A DNA stretch of 64,000 nt from a bacterium. Its GTDB lineage: Bacteria > Patescibacteriota > Patescibacteriia > Patescibacteriales > UBA12075. The first letter of the stretch is position 1. Each line of letters opens with the position of its first letter. Positions 8,497 to 17,697 of the stretch are shown piece after piece. A program made the position numbers and the translations under genes. The DNA lies in the NCBI GenBank assembly GCA_043820875.1, contig JBDRDI010000021.1:91-64090 (forward strand), read 5' to 3'. The notes under the pieces were generated by a model. That model did no database searches. It was not told the origin of the DNA and saw only the letters and a program-made list of their open reading frames with translations.

Positions 8497-10914
8497 TTAA
8501 TACTGCAATTTATCACTTTCCCGATAGTCAAAAATTGGACCAACGGCTAATATTTTTTTACCTTCTTTCTCATACACAACGGCTATGAGCTTTACGCCAT
8601 CAATTTTTTCATTCAAAAGATTTTCTTTTTTTTCGTATGTTTTTTCGCCACTCTTTTCCACAAAACGCAGTTTCAAAAACAAATTAAGATTGTTACAGTC
8701 CTCTTCGTTGATTACTTCGTTGGAAAGTTCTTTTTTGGATATTTTTATTATTTCATTTAAATATTTATTAAAATCAGTCAAAGAGATTACGGCGTCATTA
8801 GCCTCTTTGGACACACCCAGCTCTGACAAAATATCTATAAGCATGACATTTCTTGCAAGCATTTCTTTATACAGGGCGAGATTCGGTTCAATATAATTAT
8901 AATGATTGCACAAAGGTTCCTCCGCAGACAATCCCTTGGCTTCTTCTCCGCCGTAAAATTCCAACTTGTCCGCCGGCAAATGGATGTTCACCCAACTGCC
9001 CAAAAATGAGTTATAATTTTTTTCCTGTTCCCATTTCAAACTTCGGGAATAAGTTGGAGATTCATTTTGATTATACTGTAAAATTTTTCTACCCAAATCC
9101 AAAGACGCCCAATAAATGTTATCATTCCAAGTAAAATCATTGAAAACGGCTATCTTGTTTTTCAGTTCATTTATTTTCTTTCCATAATTATTATAATCAG
9201 TATTTCTAATGAAGTAATCGGCAGGGCTTTCAATCTCATATAAAATATTAACCAAATCAAGACCGGTGCCCTTGCATCTGTAAACCATCTTGTTGCCTTT
9301 GGCGTCTTTTTCCGAGCAAGATGACTCACTGCTTTGATTTTCCATCGCAGTCGACAAATCCTCTCCGGTAAGTTCATCAAAAATAAATCCGTTCGGCCAA
9401 TAAGGCTCCTGTAATATTCTCATACCAATATATGGAACGTATTTCGCATTTTCCTCATTAACGGATAAACCGATATCGCGTGGCAAGCCCCCTTCAATAT
9501 CTTTGAAATCATATTCGGCCAATTTCTTTTGGACACTGGCGATGTTCTCATCTCTCTTCGGGTTATCTGCTGCAAAAATATCTTCAATAACATAATTTTC
9601 GCCGAAAAGACCTGACATAACTTCATTGTTATGCAGATATGTTAAGTCATCTCGCAATCCGGAAAAAAATGAAATAAATTTATAGCATATCGCCCACTGA
9701 TTTTTTACTTCCTGATTTTGGGAAAAATCTTTTGACAAATAACTTGCGGCAATCAAATTGATTGTCCAATCATCTTTATCCAAAAGGCAATTCGGACATG
9801 TTTCACTTTTATAATACAATGGAAAAACAGAATTTGCCCACTTCATGGCTAAATAAAAATTATTTAATTTGGCGTTATTTTTATAATCGGCCGGCACAAG
9901 AAAAGATTTGTAATCACGCCCATAAAGCATTACAGGCGACTTGGATTCTTTTTTGGCTTCACGGATTAAATTAATCTCTGTGGCCACATCGTCAATCAAA
10001 AATGACGGAATATCAAAAACGAATTTTTCAGCCTCTTGCTTGGTAAATTTTCCTTTTTCATTAAGATTGGTATTCTCATTTATTTGACTGCTCATTGGCA
10101 TCAAAAGTTTCAGCACCACAGCCAAATAAGCCGTTTCCAGCCGCTCGGCTTCCAAAATCGGATCATTGATCATCTTTTTTTCGTTCGCTCTCAACTTATA
10201 TCTTGTTAAAGCATCGTCGTATAATTTTTTATTTATTGTCCAAACATTCTCATAAAAAGCGTTTTCTTCAATTTCCTTAAACGCTTGTTTTAAGGTATTT
10301 TGAAAATAATAAAAGAGGAAATCAGTGGTAGCGATAACCGGAAATCCTTTTTGCGATAGCAATCTGTTCATACCAAAAAAATCGTTTGCCTCGCCAATAA
10401 ATTGGTTGTCGATAACTGCAAATCCGTAGTTGTTCAAATCGTCAATATAAGGATCCAAATTAATTTTTCGAGAAGCTTCATAATAATTGGAAACGTCCGT
10501 TTTGACATTAATTGGCAGTTCAAAACTGCTGATGGTGGCGCGAAAATCATCTTTTGGTCTTTCATAAAAATTTCCAAAAGACAAATATTCAGCCTTTATC
10601 AAATCCGTGCTTGATCCAATTGCCATAACATCGCCGTTGCCATCAACCAAAATTTGGAAACCACGATATTCTGTGCTCGTAGCTTCAGGCTCAATTCCAA
10701 GGTTTTGTTGATTTTGTGTGCTATTTTCATCATTACGAGACTGGTTAATGCTATAAAAATAATAAAAAACTGAAATCACGGCAACAAATATTAAAATATA
10801 TATTAGATAAACATAAATCTTACCCGTGGAAAATTTATTCGGTCCGTGATTGAACGTATCCGGTGTCTCTGAAAATCGTTCTTGATTATTTTTTTGTTCA
10901 TTGTCTATAAACAT
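8497..10914 (-). CDS. DUF3160-family membrane-anchored protein
   Basis: N-terminal TM; L..YGFAVI, YLAMKW, LGSWVN.H, YIEPN, LAVGPIFDY motifs. Confidence 0.7.
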   Translation of the reverse strand: MFIDNEQKNNQERFSETPDTFNHGPNKFSTGKIYVYLIYILIFVAVISVFYYFYSINQSRNDENSTQNQQNLGIEPEATSTEYRGFQILVDGNGDVMAIGSSTDLIKAEYLSFGNFYERPKDDFRATISSFELPINVKTDVSNYYEASRKINLDPYIDDLNNYGFAVIDNQFIGEANDFFGMNRLLSQKGFPVIATTDFLFYYFQNTLKQAFKEIEENAFYENVWTINKKLYDDALTRYKLRANEKKMINDPILEAERLETAYLAVVLKLLMPMSSQINENTNLNEKGKFTKQEAEKFVFDIPSFLIDDVATEINLIREAKKESKSPVMLYGRDYKSFLVPADYKNNAKLNNFYLAMKWANSVFPLYYKSETCPNCLLDKDDWTINLIAASYLSKDFSQNQEVKNQWAICYKFISFFSGLRDDLTYLHNNEVMSGLFGENYVIEDIFAADNPKRDENIASVQKKLAEYDFKDIEGGLPRDIGLSVNEENAKYVPYIGMRILQEPYWPNGFIFDELTGEDLSTAMENQSSESSCSEKDAKGNKMVYRCKGTGLDLVNILYEIESPADYFIRNTDYNNYGKKINELKNKIAVFNDFTWNDNIYWASLDLGRKILQYNQNESPTYSRSLKWEQEKNYNSFLGSWVNIHLPADKLEFYGGEEAKGLSAEEPLCNHYNYIEPNLALYKEMLARNVMLIDILSELGVSKEANDAVISLTDFNKYLNEIIKISKKELSNEVINEEDCNNLNLFLKLRFVEKSGEKTYEKKENLLNEKIDGVKLIAVVYEKEGKKILAVGPIFDYRESDKLQY

Positions 10915-11025
10915 ATATTATATTATAACATAATATTAAATTGTTAGAAACATTGACAAAATTAAATTAAAGTATTACTATGATTTTAATAATATTTATT
11001 TGTTCATTTTCAAAAGGAGCAAGAT

Positions 11026-11520
11026 GTGGAATCAACCATAAAAGTCTTCGTCGACTACGCCGAAAGCGTAAAAGGCATATTAGACAGATTAAGAGACGTA
11101 GAAAATATTTTTGTAAAAATAAATGTCGCCTGTTGTCTTTTACACGACAACATATTTCATGTTCCTGAAATAATTGGAAGCATGGAAATAGACATACATT
11201 TAAAAAAGATTCTTTATGAAGGTTCTTTCAGGGATGCTCAGGCAGAACTTGAAAAAATAAATTCTCAGGCGCCTCTTCTTTGGGAATTTTTAAACCTTGG
11301 AACAAAAATAGATTGGCAGTACTCTGTTGTGTCACTGCGTCCAATAAGAACGCGCACGCACGGCGATCTACTGTTGTGCTTTCATCTTGAAGAGGGCCGC
11401 CACACATTAAGTTTTTTGCCAATGAATCGTAAACAAAAAAATAATCTGTTCGCTACGGTAAAAAAAATAACGAAAGGCGGACTGTGCAGAAATCTTTCTT
11501 ATCGCCCTCCTGCGATATGA
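11026..11520 (+). CDS. Hypothetical protein, possibly related to DGR target proteins
   Basis: Own promoter (TTGACA 10953, 17 bp, TACTAT), SD AAGGAG, GTG start, downstream terminator. Confidence 0.65.
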   Translation: MESTIKVFVDYAESVKGILDRLRDVENIFVKINVACCLLHDNIFHVPEIIGSMEIDIHLKKILYEGSFRDAQAELEKINSQAPLLWEFLNLGTKIDWQYSVVSLRPIRTRTHGDLLLCFHLEEGRHTLSFLPMNRKQKNNLFATVKKITKGGLCRNLSYRPPAI

Positions 11521-11534
11521 AAAGAATGTTGCCA

Positions 11535-11563
11535 AAACCCGATCTCATCAGAGGTCGGGTTTT
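11535..11563. terminator. Bidirectional intrinsic terminator
   Basis: aaaacccgatctc-atca-gaggtcgggtttt between convergent genes. Confidence 0.7.
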
Positions 11564-11581
11564 TCTATACCAATTAATATT

Positions 11582-13492
11582 TTACACCAACGCGCTCGTG
11601 TCTCCCGGGTCCAAACCAAGTTCTTGCGCTTTTAAAACTCGGCGCATAATTTTGCCACTTCTGGTTTTTGGTAATTTATCAACAAACGCGATATCTTTAA
11701 TAACCGCTACAGGACCGATATTTTTTCTGGCCTCTTTCCTCAACTCCAACTTTAACTCTTCGCTTGGCTCGTAGCCTTGTTTTAAAATTACAAATACTTT
11801 AATCACTTCGCCTTTTTCTTTGTCCGGAACTCCAATCACGGCCGCTTCGGCCACAGACTTGTGCGAAACAAAAGCACTTTCCACTTCAGCCGTGCCGATC
11901 CTGTGTCCGGCTATTTTTAAAACATCATCAGTTCGTCCTTGAATCCAAAAATATCCATCTTTATCCTTGAAGGCGACGTCACCGGAGAAATAAGATCCTT
12001 TTACTTGGCTCCAATACGTTTTTACGTAGCGATCCGGATTATTAAAAATGGTTCTGATCATGCTCGGCCATTGATTTTTAATTATCAAATATCCGCCTTT
12101 GCCTGTCGGCACTTTTTTTCCTTTTTTATCCACCACGTCGGCAATAATTCCCGGAAACGGTTTGCCTGCGCTACCCGCCTTGAGCGGAGCGCAAGGAAGA
12201 GGCGTAATCATATTCATTCCGGTTTCTGTTTGCCACCAAGTATCCATAATTGGGCATCTATTTTTTCCGATATAACGATAATACCACCGCCATGCTTCCG
12301 GATTAATCGGCTCGCCTACAGAACCAAGGATTGAAAGAGAGGACATTTTGTGAGCAGCAGGCCACTTGGAACCATATTTCATCATTGATCTGATTAAAGT
12401 CGGCGCGGTATAAAAAATATTCACCTTATATTTCTCAATTATTTTCCAGAGACGATCCGGCTTTGGCATGTCCGGCACGCCTTCATACATCAAGGTAGTG
12501 ATACCGGCAAGTAACGGACCATAAACGATATAACTATGCCCTGTAATCCAACCCGGATCGGCCGTACACCAAAATATCTCATCTCCGTGAATATCAAAAA
12601 CATATTTTAAAGTTTTTAAAACTCCCACTGGATATCCACCATGCACATGAATAACTCCTTTTGGTTTTGATGTTGTGCCTGATGTGTAGAGAACGAAAGC
12701 CGGATCTTCCGCAGACATAACAGCGCATTTGGCTTCTTCAGATTCATTTTTTATAAAATCATCGTACCAAACATCGCGCGGAGATTTAAAATTCACTTTC
12801 TTATTGTTATTTTTTATCACCACGACTTTTTTAATCGTCTTGCATTCCTTTAATGCGCCATCAGCCAAGTCTTTTAAATTTATTATTTTACCGCGCCTAA
12901 AACTCCCGTCAGCCGTAAAAAGCACTTTGGCTCGCGCATCGTTGATTCTATCCGCCAGCGCTTTGGAAGAATAGCCGGCGTAAACGACAGAATGCATAGC
13001 GCCAATTTTCACGCAAGCAAGCATGGCGAAAGCGGTTTCCGGAATATTGGGCATGTAAATTGCCACTCTATCCCCTTTTTTAACGCCGATTTTGCGTAAA
13101 GCATTGACCAATTTATTAACTTCCTTATAAGCCTGCAAATAAGTAAATTTTCTCGCTCGACCGGTTTCATCTTCAGCAAGAATTGCTATTTTATTTTTAT
13201 TGCCATTCTTCATGTGCCTATCCAGGGCATTATAAGCCAAATTACATTTTCCCCCGACAAACCATTTATAAAAAGGCTTTTTTGTCGCATCAAAAACTTT
13301 ATCCCAAGGCTTAAACCAATGCAAATCCAATGCCGCGTCCTCCCAAAATTTTACTGGACTTTTGCCGGCATCTTTTAAAACTTTTTCATAATTTTTCACA
13401 TTGGCACTGTCAATAATTTTTTTTGACGGCTTATATTTTTTCTGCGCTGTTGAGAGTACATCTGTAAGCTCTCTCTCTGTTTTTTTAGACAT
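11582..13492 (-). CDS. acs: Acetyl-CoA synthetase (AMP-forming)
   Basis: YTSGTT.KPKG, DTWWQTETG, LPKTRSGKIMRR. Confidence 0.96.
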   Translation of the reverse strand: MSKKTERELTDVLSTAQKKYKPSKKIIDSANVKNYEKVLKDAGKSPVKFWEDAALDLHWFKPWDKVFDATKKPFYKWFVGGKCNLAYNALDRHMKNGNKNKIAILAEDETGRARKFTYLQAYKEVNKLVNALRKIGVKKGDRVAIYMPNIPETAFAMLACVKIGAMHSVVYAGYSSKALADRINDARAKVLFTADGSFRRGKIINLKDLADGALKECKTIKKVVVIKNNNKKVNFKSPRDVWYDDFIKNESEEAKCAVMSAEDPAFVLYTSGTTSKPKGVIHVHGGYPVGVLKTLKYVFDIHGDEIFWCTADPGWITGHSYIVYGPLLAGITTLMYEGVPDMPKPDRLWKIIEKYKVNIFYTAPTLIRSMMKYGSKWPAAHKMSSLSILGSVGEPINPEAWRWYYRYIGKNRCPIMDTWWQTETGMNMITPLPCAPLKAGSAGKPFPGIIADVVDKKGKKVPTGKGGYLIIKNQWPSMIRTIFNNPDRYVKTYWSQVKGSYFSGDVAFKDKDGYFWIQGRTDDVLKIAGHRIGTAEVESAFVSHKSVAEAAVIGVPDKEKGEVIKVFVILKQGYEPSEELKLELRKEARKNIGPVAVIKDIAFVDKLPKTRSGKIMRRVLKAQELGLDPGDTSALV

Positions 13493-13598
13493 AAATGATT
13501 TTAATTAATAACAAAACAAATGGCAAACGCTTCACACGTTACCAATTAATTAGCTTATTTTATTATAGCATATTTAAACTTTTTTAAAAAACAAAAAT

Positions 13599-15788
13599 CT
13601 ATTTTTTTAATTTTGTCTTTCTGGTACTTTTGGGGTGAGGCAAAATAACTAAATGCGAATAAGGTTTTATTTTTTTGCCAATCATATTCTTATCCAAAAT
13701 AACTTTCGCGTCCAACACCACGCCACCGTTTTCATCAACAGCAAAAGGGTTGATGTCCAACTCGGCGATTTCCGGAAAATCAGAAATTAAATAAGCGAAT
13801 TTATAAAGTAGAAACTGAATAGACTGAATATCAACTCCTGGCATGTTGCGATATCCTTTCAAAAGCCGATAAACTTTTGTGCCTTGAATCATGCGCAAAG
13901 CCAAAGACATATTCAGAGGCGGCAAACCCATTTCAATATCATTAAAGACTTCCACGGCCACGCCTCCCAGACCAAAAACAATTACTGGACCAAAAAGAGG
14001 ATCTTTGCGGCAACCGATAATCAATTCGTATTTTTTACTAATCATTTTTTCAATCGCCACGCCCTCTATTTTCGCTTCAGGGCAATTTTTTTTCGCTGCA
14101 GACATTATTTTTTTCCACGCATCTCCTGCTTCACGATTGGAATTTATATTCAATTCCACGCCACCAATGTTTGTTTTATGGACAATATCCGCGGAAGCTA
14201 TTTTCATCACCACCGGATAACCGATTTTTTCCGACACTTTTCCAGACTCTTTTTTAGATTTGGCAATCAAACTTTTCACAATCGGAATGTCGTAATTTTT
14301 TAAAAATTGTTTTGTTTCAGACTCGGTTAAAACCTCGCGTCCGGACAAAAAAACTTTTGCAACGATTTCTTTATTTTCTTTTGTTTTTGGATTTATGGCG
14401 TGTGGAACGGTTCCGGGCATTTCGTTCAGCATGCTCAAATTACGCGCGTAATTGTTAATGCTTACAAAACAACTAATGGCATCTTCCGGCGCTCTATATA
14501 TTGGTATATTTCCGGCTTCAAGAATTTTTCTCCCCTTTTCAACATTATTGCCACCCATCCACGCTGCCAATATTGTTTTATTGCTCTTATTTTTTATCTT
14601 CAATATTTCTTTCGCGACGACTATGGGGTCAGTCATGGCCTGCGGAGTAAGAATCACCAATACTGCGTCCGTATTTTTATCATCAAGGCAAATTTCCATT
14701 GCCTGTCGGTATCTCTTTGAATCAGCATCTCCCAAGATGTCAATCGGATTACCACGACTCCAAGCATGCGGTAAAAATTTATCCAATTTTAAAATTGTTT
14801 CTTTGGCTAACTTGGCCGAGTGTCCGCCTCCGCGCACCAAAGCGTCCACCGCGATAATTCCCGGTCCGCCCGCGTTTGTTACAATTCCCAAATTCGCGCC
14901 CGCAGGACGCGGCTGCATAGCCAATGTTTTTGCCACATGAAAAAGATTAACGATGGTGTCCACTCTGATTATTCCAGCCCTCTTAAAAGCGGCATTATAA
15001 ACTTTGTCGTTTCCGGTCAAACTTCCAGTATGTGATTTGGCAGCTGCTGCTCCGGCGGCGCTACGGCCGGATTTCAAAACGATAATCGGTTTGGAGTTGG
15101 AAAACGCGCGCGCGGCGCTCATAAATTTACGCACGTCGGAAATTGATTCCATATAAATCAAAATACTAGAGACGTTTGGATCTTTTCCAAAATAATCAAT
15201 CAAGTCATGGAAGCCGATGTCGGCCATCTCGCCAATGGAAACAAAATAACTGAATCCCACATTGTTTTTCTCGCCCCAATCTAAAATCGCGGTGCAAAGC
15301 GCGCCACTTTGAGAAATAAGCGCGACATGGCCTTTCTTCGCGGTTTGTTTGGCAAAACTCGCGTTCAAATTCAAAGACGGGTTGATAAAACCCAAACAAT
15401 TCGGTCCCAAAACTCTCATACTATACTTTTTGGCGATTTTAACTATCTTCTTACTTAAAATTTCGCCAGTCTTTCCTATTTCGGAAAAACCGGCAGAAAT
15501 TATAATCAAAGAAGAGACTCCTGCTTTTCCACATTCCAAAACAACTTGCGGGACTGATTCGGCCGGAATAGCGATAATAACCAAATCAATTTTTTCCGGC
15601 ACATCAGCAATCGTCGCGTAACATTTTATACTAAAAACTTCTTTTCTTTTGTCGCTCACCGGATAAACAATCCCGTTATAATCACTACCGGTCAAATTTT
15701 TCATCAAAGCCGCACCAATGTTCCCCTTCTTGTCACTCGCGCCGATTATGGCAATTGTTTTTGGCTTGAATAGTTTATCTAAATTCAT
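13599..15788 (-). CDS. Acetate-CoA ligase (ADP-forming), fused alpha-beta; Pat-like but without GNAT domain
   Basis: IAIIGAS, GPNCLG, SQSGAL, SHTGSL (phospho-His), ATP-grasp domain with ELDINP. Confidence 0.88.
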   Translation of the reverse strand: MNLDKLFKPKTIAIIGASDKKGNIGAALMKNLTGSDYNGIVYPVSDKRKEVFSIKCYATIADVPEKIDLVIIAIPAESVPQVVLECGKAGVSSLIIISAGFSEIGKTGEILSKKIVKIAKKYSMRVLGPNCLGFINPSLNLNASFAKQTAKKGHVALISQSGALCTAILDWGEKNNVGFSYFVSIGEMADIGFHDLIDYFGKDPNVSSILIYMESISDVRKFMSAARAFSNSKPIIVLKSGRSAAGAAAAKSHTGSLTGNDKVYNAAFKRAGIIRVDTIVNLFHVAKTLAMQPRPAGANLGIVTNAGGPGIIAVDALVRGGGHSAKLAKETILKLDKFLPHAWSRGNPIDILGDADSKRYRQAMEICLDDKNTDAVLVILTPQAMTDPIVVAKEILKIKNKSNKTILAAWMGGNNVEKGRKILEAGNIPIYRAPEDAISCFVSINNYARNLSMLNEMPGTVPHAINPKTKENKEIVAKVFLSGREVLTESETKQFLKNYDIPIVKSLIAKSKKESGKVSEKIGYPVVMKIASADIVHKTNIGGVELNINSNREAGDAWKKIMSAAKKNCPEAKIEGVAIEKMISKKYELIIGCRKDPLFGPVIVFGLGGVAVEVFNDIEMGLPPLNMSLALRMIQGTKVYRLLKGYRNMPGVDIQSIQFLLYKFAYLISDFPEIAELDINPFAVDENGGVVLDAKVILDKNMIGKKIKPYSHLVILPHPKSTRKTKLKK

Positions 15789-15902
15789 ATTTTAGTCATT
15801 AATCTGCCAGAAATAAATTTATTTAAAATATTTGAGTTATTTTATATTAAAAGTATAACAATGTTTATAGCGCTTGTCTATTTTTTTATTTCTGCAAGTC
15901 GC

Positions 15903-16960
15903 TTATTTCTGACACAATTTTAACACATCTTCCCTTAATTTATATCCCTCGCAATGTTTTAAAATCCCGCAATATGATTGCAGCGACTGATCAAAAGATT
16001 TTTTTGTCATCATTCCCTGTTTTAATTTTTCTTTATTTAATTTTATTTTCTTAAACATTCTTCTTTTGGTTTTTGTCCGTAAAACTGTATAATGCGGCAA
16101 AACGACATAGCCCAAGAAATCAATACCATGCCGGAATTTTCTGATTTCTTGTTTTTCAGGATGGAGCTGTAATGCCAATTTATATTCTAAAAATTTATTA
16201 ATTGATTTAACTAAATTTTTTAAATAGTTTTGATTATTGTTTACGATAACGAAATCATCCGTATAACGGAGATAATATTTTACTTTTAATTTTCTTTTGA
16301 TAAATTGGTCAAATTCGTTTAAATAAATGTTGGCAAACAGTTGGCTGGTGACATTGCCGAGCGGCAAACCCTTATTTTGATTTGCTTGGAAACTATCTAT
16401 AATTTTATCAATTATCCAAACGTCTTCTTGATCTAATTTTCTTTTTATCAGCGTCCGAAAAATGCCGTGATCAATGTTGTCAAAAAATTTTTTAATGTCG
16501 CACTTAAGGCAGTAAATATTTTCTTGGTAATTTTTACTTTCGCGCTTGCAAAAACGGCTTAATCTTTTTACCGCGCGGTGCGTCCCTTTTTTGTTCCGGC
16601 ACGAAAACGAATCGAAAATAAAATGTTTATCAAAAATATGATATAATACCCGATAGACAGCCTGATGGACTACGCGGTCGCGGATTGGCGCTTTATGGAT
16701 ATGCCTTAATTTCGGATCGCTCACATAAAAAGATTGATATGATAAAGGATGATAAATTTTATTTTTAAGCTCATTATGAATTTGAAATAAATTATCTTCC
16801 AAATAAAAAGAGAAATGTTGTACTTCCGCCTTTCTTGATTTACCACGCTTGAATTCGCGCCAAGCGGAAAATAAATTTTCTAAACTAATTATATTATTAA
16901 AAACATTATGACAATTAACATTACCCCCCCCCCAACGAGATTTCTTTGCCTATCGTGCAT
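15903..16960 (-). CDS. DGR reverse transcriptase, frameshifted at the G10 tract near its 5' end as sequenced
   Basis: RDRVVH, KGTH, CDIKKFFDNIDH, GLPLGNVTSQLFANIYL, RYTDD, GIDFLGY. The frame stays open upstream of 16802 (IISLENLFSAWREFKRGK) with no ATG; ATG 16960 joins it if the tract has 11 or 8 G. Confidence 0.92.
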
Positions 16961-17287
16961 AAATTTGAAAACTTTTTTAAAAATTTATATTCTCTCGGCC
17001 GCACTTTGCCCAAAAACGACAAACTCGGAATTTATAACAGATTAGAACTAACGGCCTTAAATGTTTATGAATTATTGATAAGCGCCGCGTTTGCGCCAAA
17101 ACAAAGTAAATCAGTATTGCTGCAAAACATCAGAATAAAAGTTGAAATAACCAAAAGAATAATCAGACTGATGAGTGATTTAAAAATTATCAACAACAGA
17201 CAATATTATAATCTGCAAAACGATTTGCAGGAAATTTCCAAAATGGCTAATGGCTGGCAAAAATATCTTTCAATAAAAAAACCCTGA
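16908..17287 (+). CDS. avd: DGR accessory variability determinant (Avd-like four-helix bundle), frameshifted at the C10 tract as sequenced
   Basis: LPK.DK...., L..IRL..DLKII...Y......EI.KM.NGW.K pattern. ATG 16908 is in frame only with C11 or C8; an in-frame TTG exists at 16946. Confidence 0.85.
16924..16933. repeat. C10/G10 homopolymer shared by the overlapping RT and avd 5' ends
   Basis: ttacccccccccc aac at 16921-16936. Confidence 0.95.
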
Positions 17288-17305
17288 AAACAGAGCTTTT
17301 TTATT
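17272..17305. terminator. Bidirectional terminator-like hairpin between the avd stop and the TR 3' end
   Basis: aataaaaaaaccctg-aaaa-cagagcttttttatt, imperfect stem. Confidence 0.5.
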
Positions 17306-17308
17306 TTT

Positions 17309-17435
17309 GGAAACTTCTGGACGAGAGCACAAAATCCCATTCGCATTCAACGGATTGTACCAATTGGAGTTGAACTTGCCGTTCTCAACGTTGAAGTTGG
17401 CGTTCGGCACGTTGCCATCCGAGTAGCGCGAACCT
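17309..17435 (-). ncRNA. DGR template repeat (TR)
   Basis: 127-bp ungapped match to 17704-17830; 10 AAY codons in the target frame; 21 of 22 differences fall at TR adenines (minus strand). Confidence 0.96.
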
Positions 17436-17631
17436 CTTATTGACTGTCTTCCTCTTTATAAACCAAAAAACTTAAAAAAGATTTTTGGTCTCCCGCGCTT
17501 CAAGCGGGACGATGTTCGTGGGCTTTCCCAACCAAAGACAGACAAGCAGTTTCCTGAAAATGGCAAATCGTTATCCCTCCCTTCGCAAAAGGTGGAACCG
17601 ATTTTAGAACCTATATTTATTATAACAAAAA

Positions 17632-17664
17632 TATCCCTGCTTGCAAACTACGCAAGCAGGGATA
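17632..17664. promoter_or_regulatory. Hairpin/cruciform downstream of VR (DGR target-recognition element and/or terminator)
   Basis: tatccctgcttgc-aaactac-gcaagcagggata: perfect 13-bp stem about 34 bp after the target stop codon. Confidence 0.8.
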
Positions 17665-17697
17665 AAATTAAAGGGAACAAGGGATAAGGAACAAGGG

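Noticed and set aside
16802-16802. ORF-track TTG start for the RT
   Set aside because: It would omit the in-frame conserved N-terminal segment ISLENLFSAWREFKRGK
15903-16960. RT as a group II intron, retron or CRISPR-associated RT
   Set aside because: Short RT with no maturase or endonuclease extension, LGNVTSQ motif, and adjacent Avd and TR/VR identify it as a DGR RT
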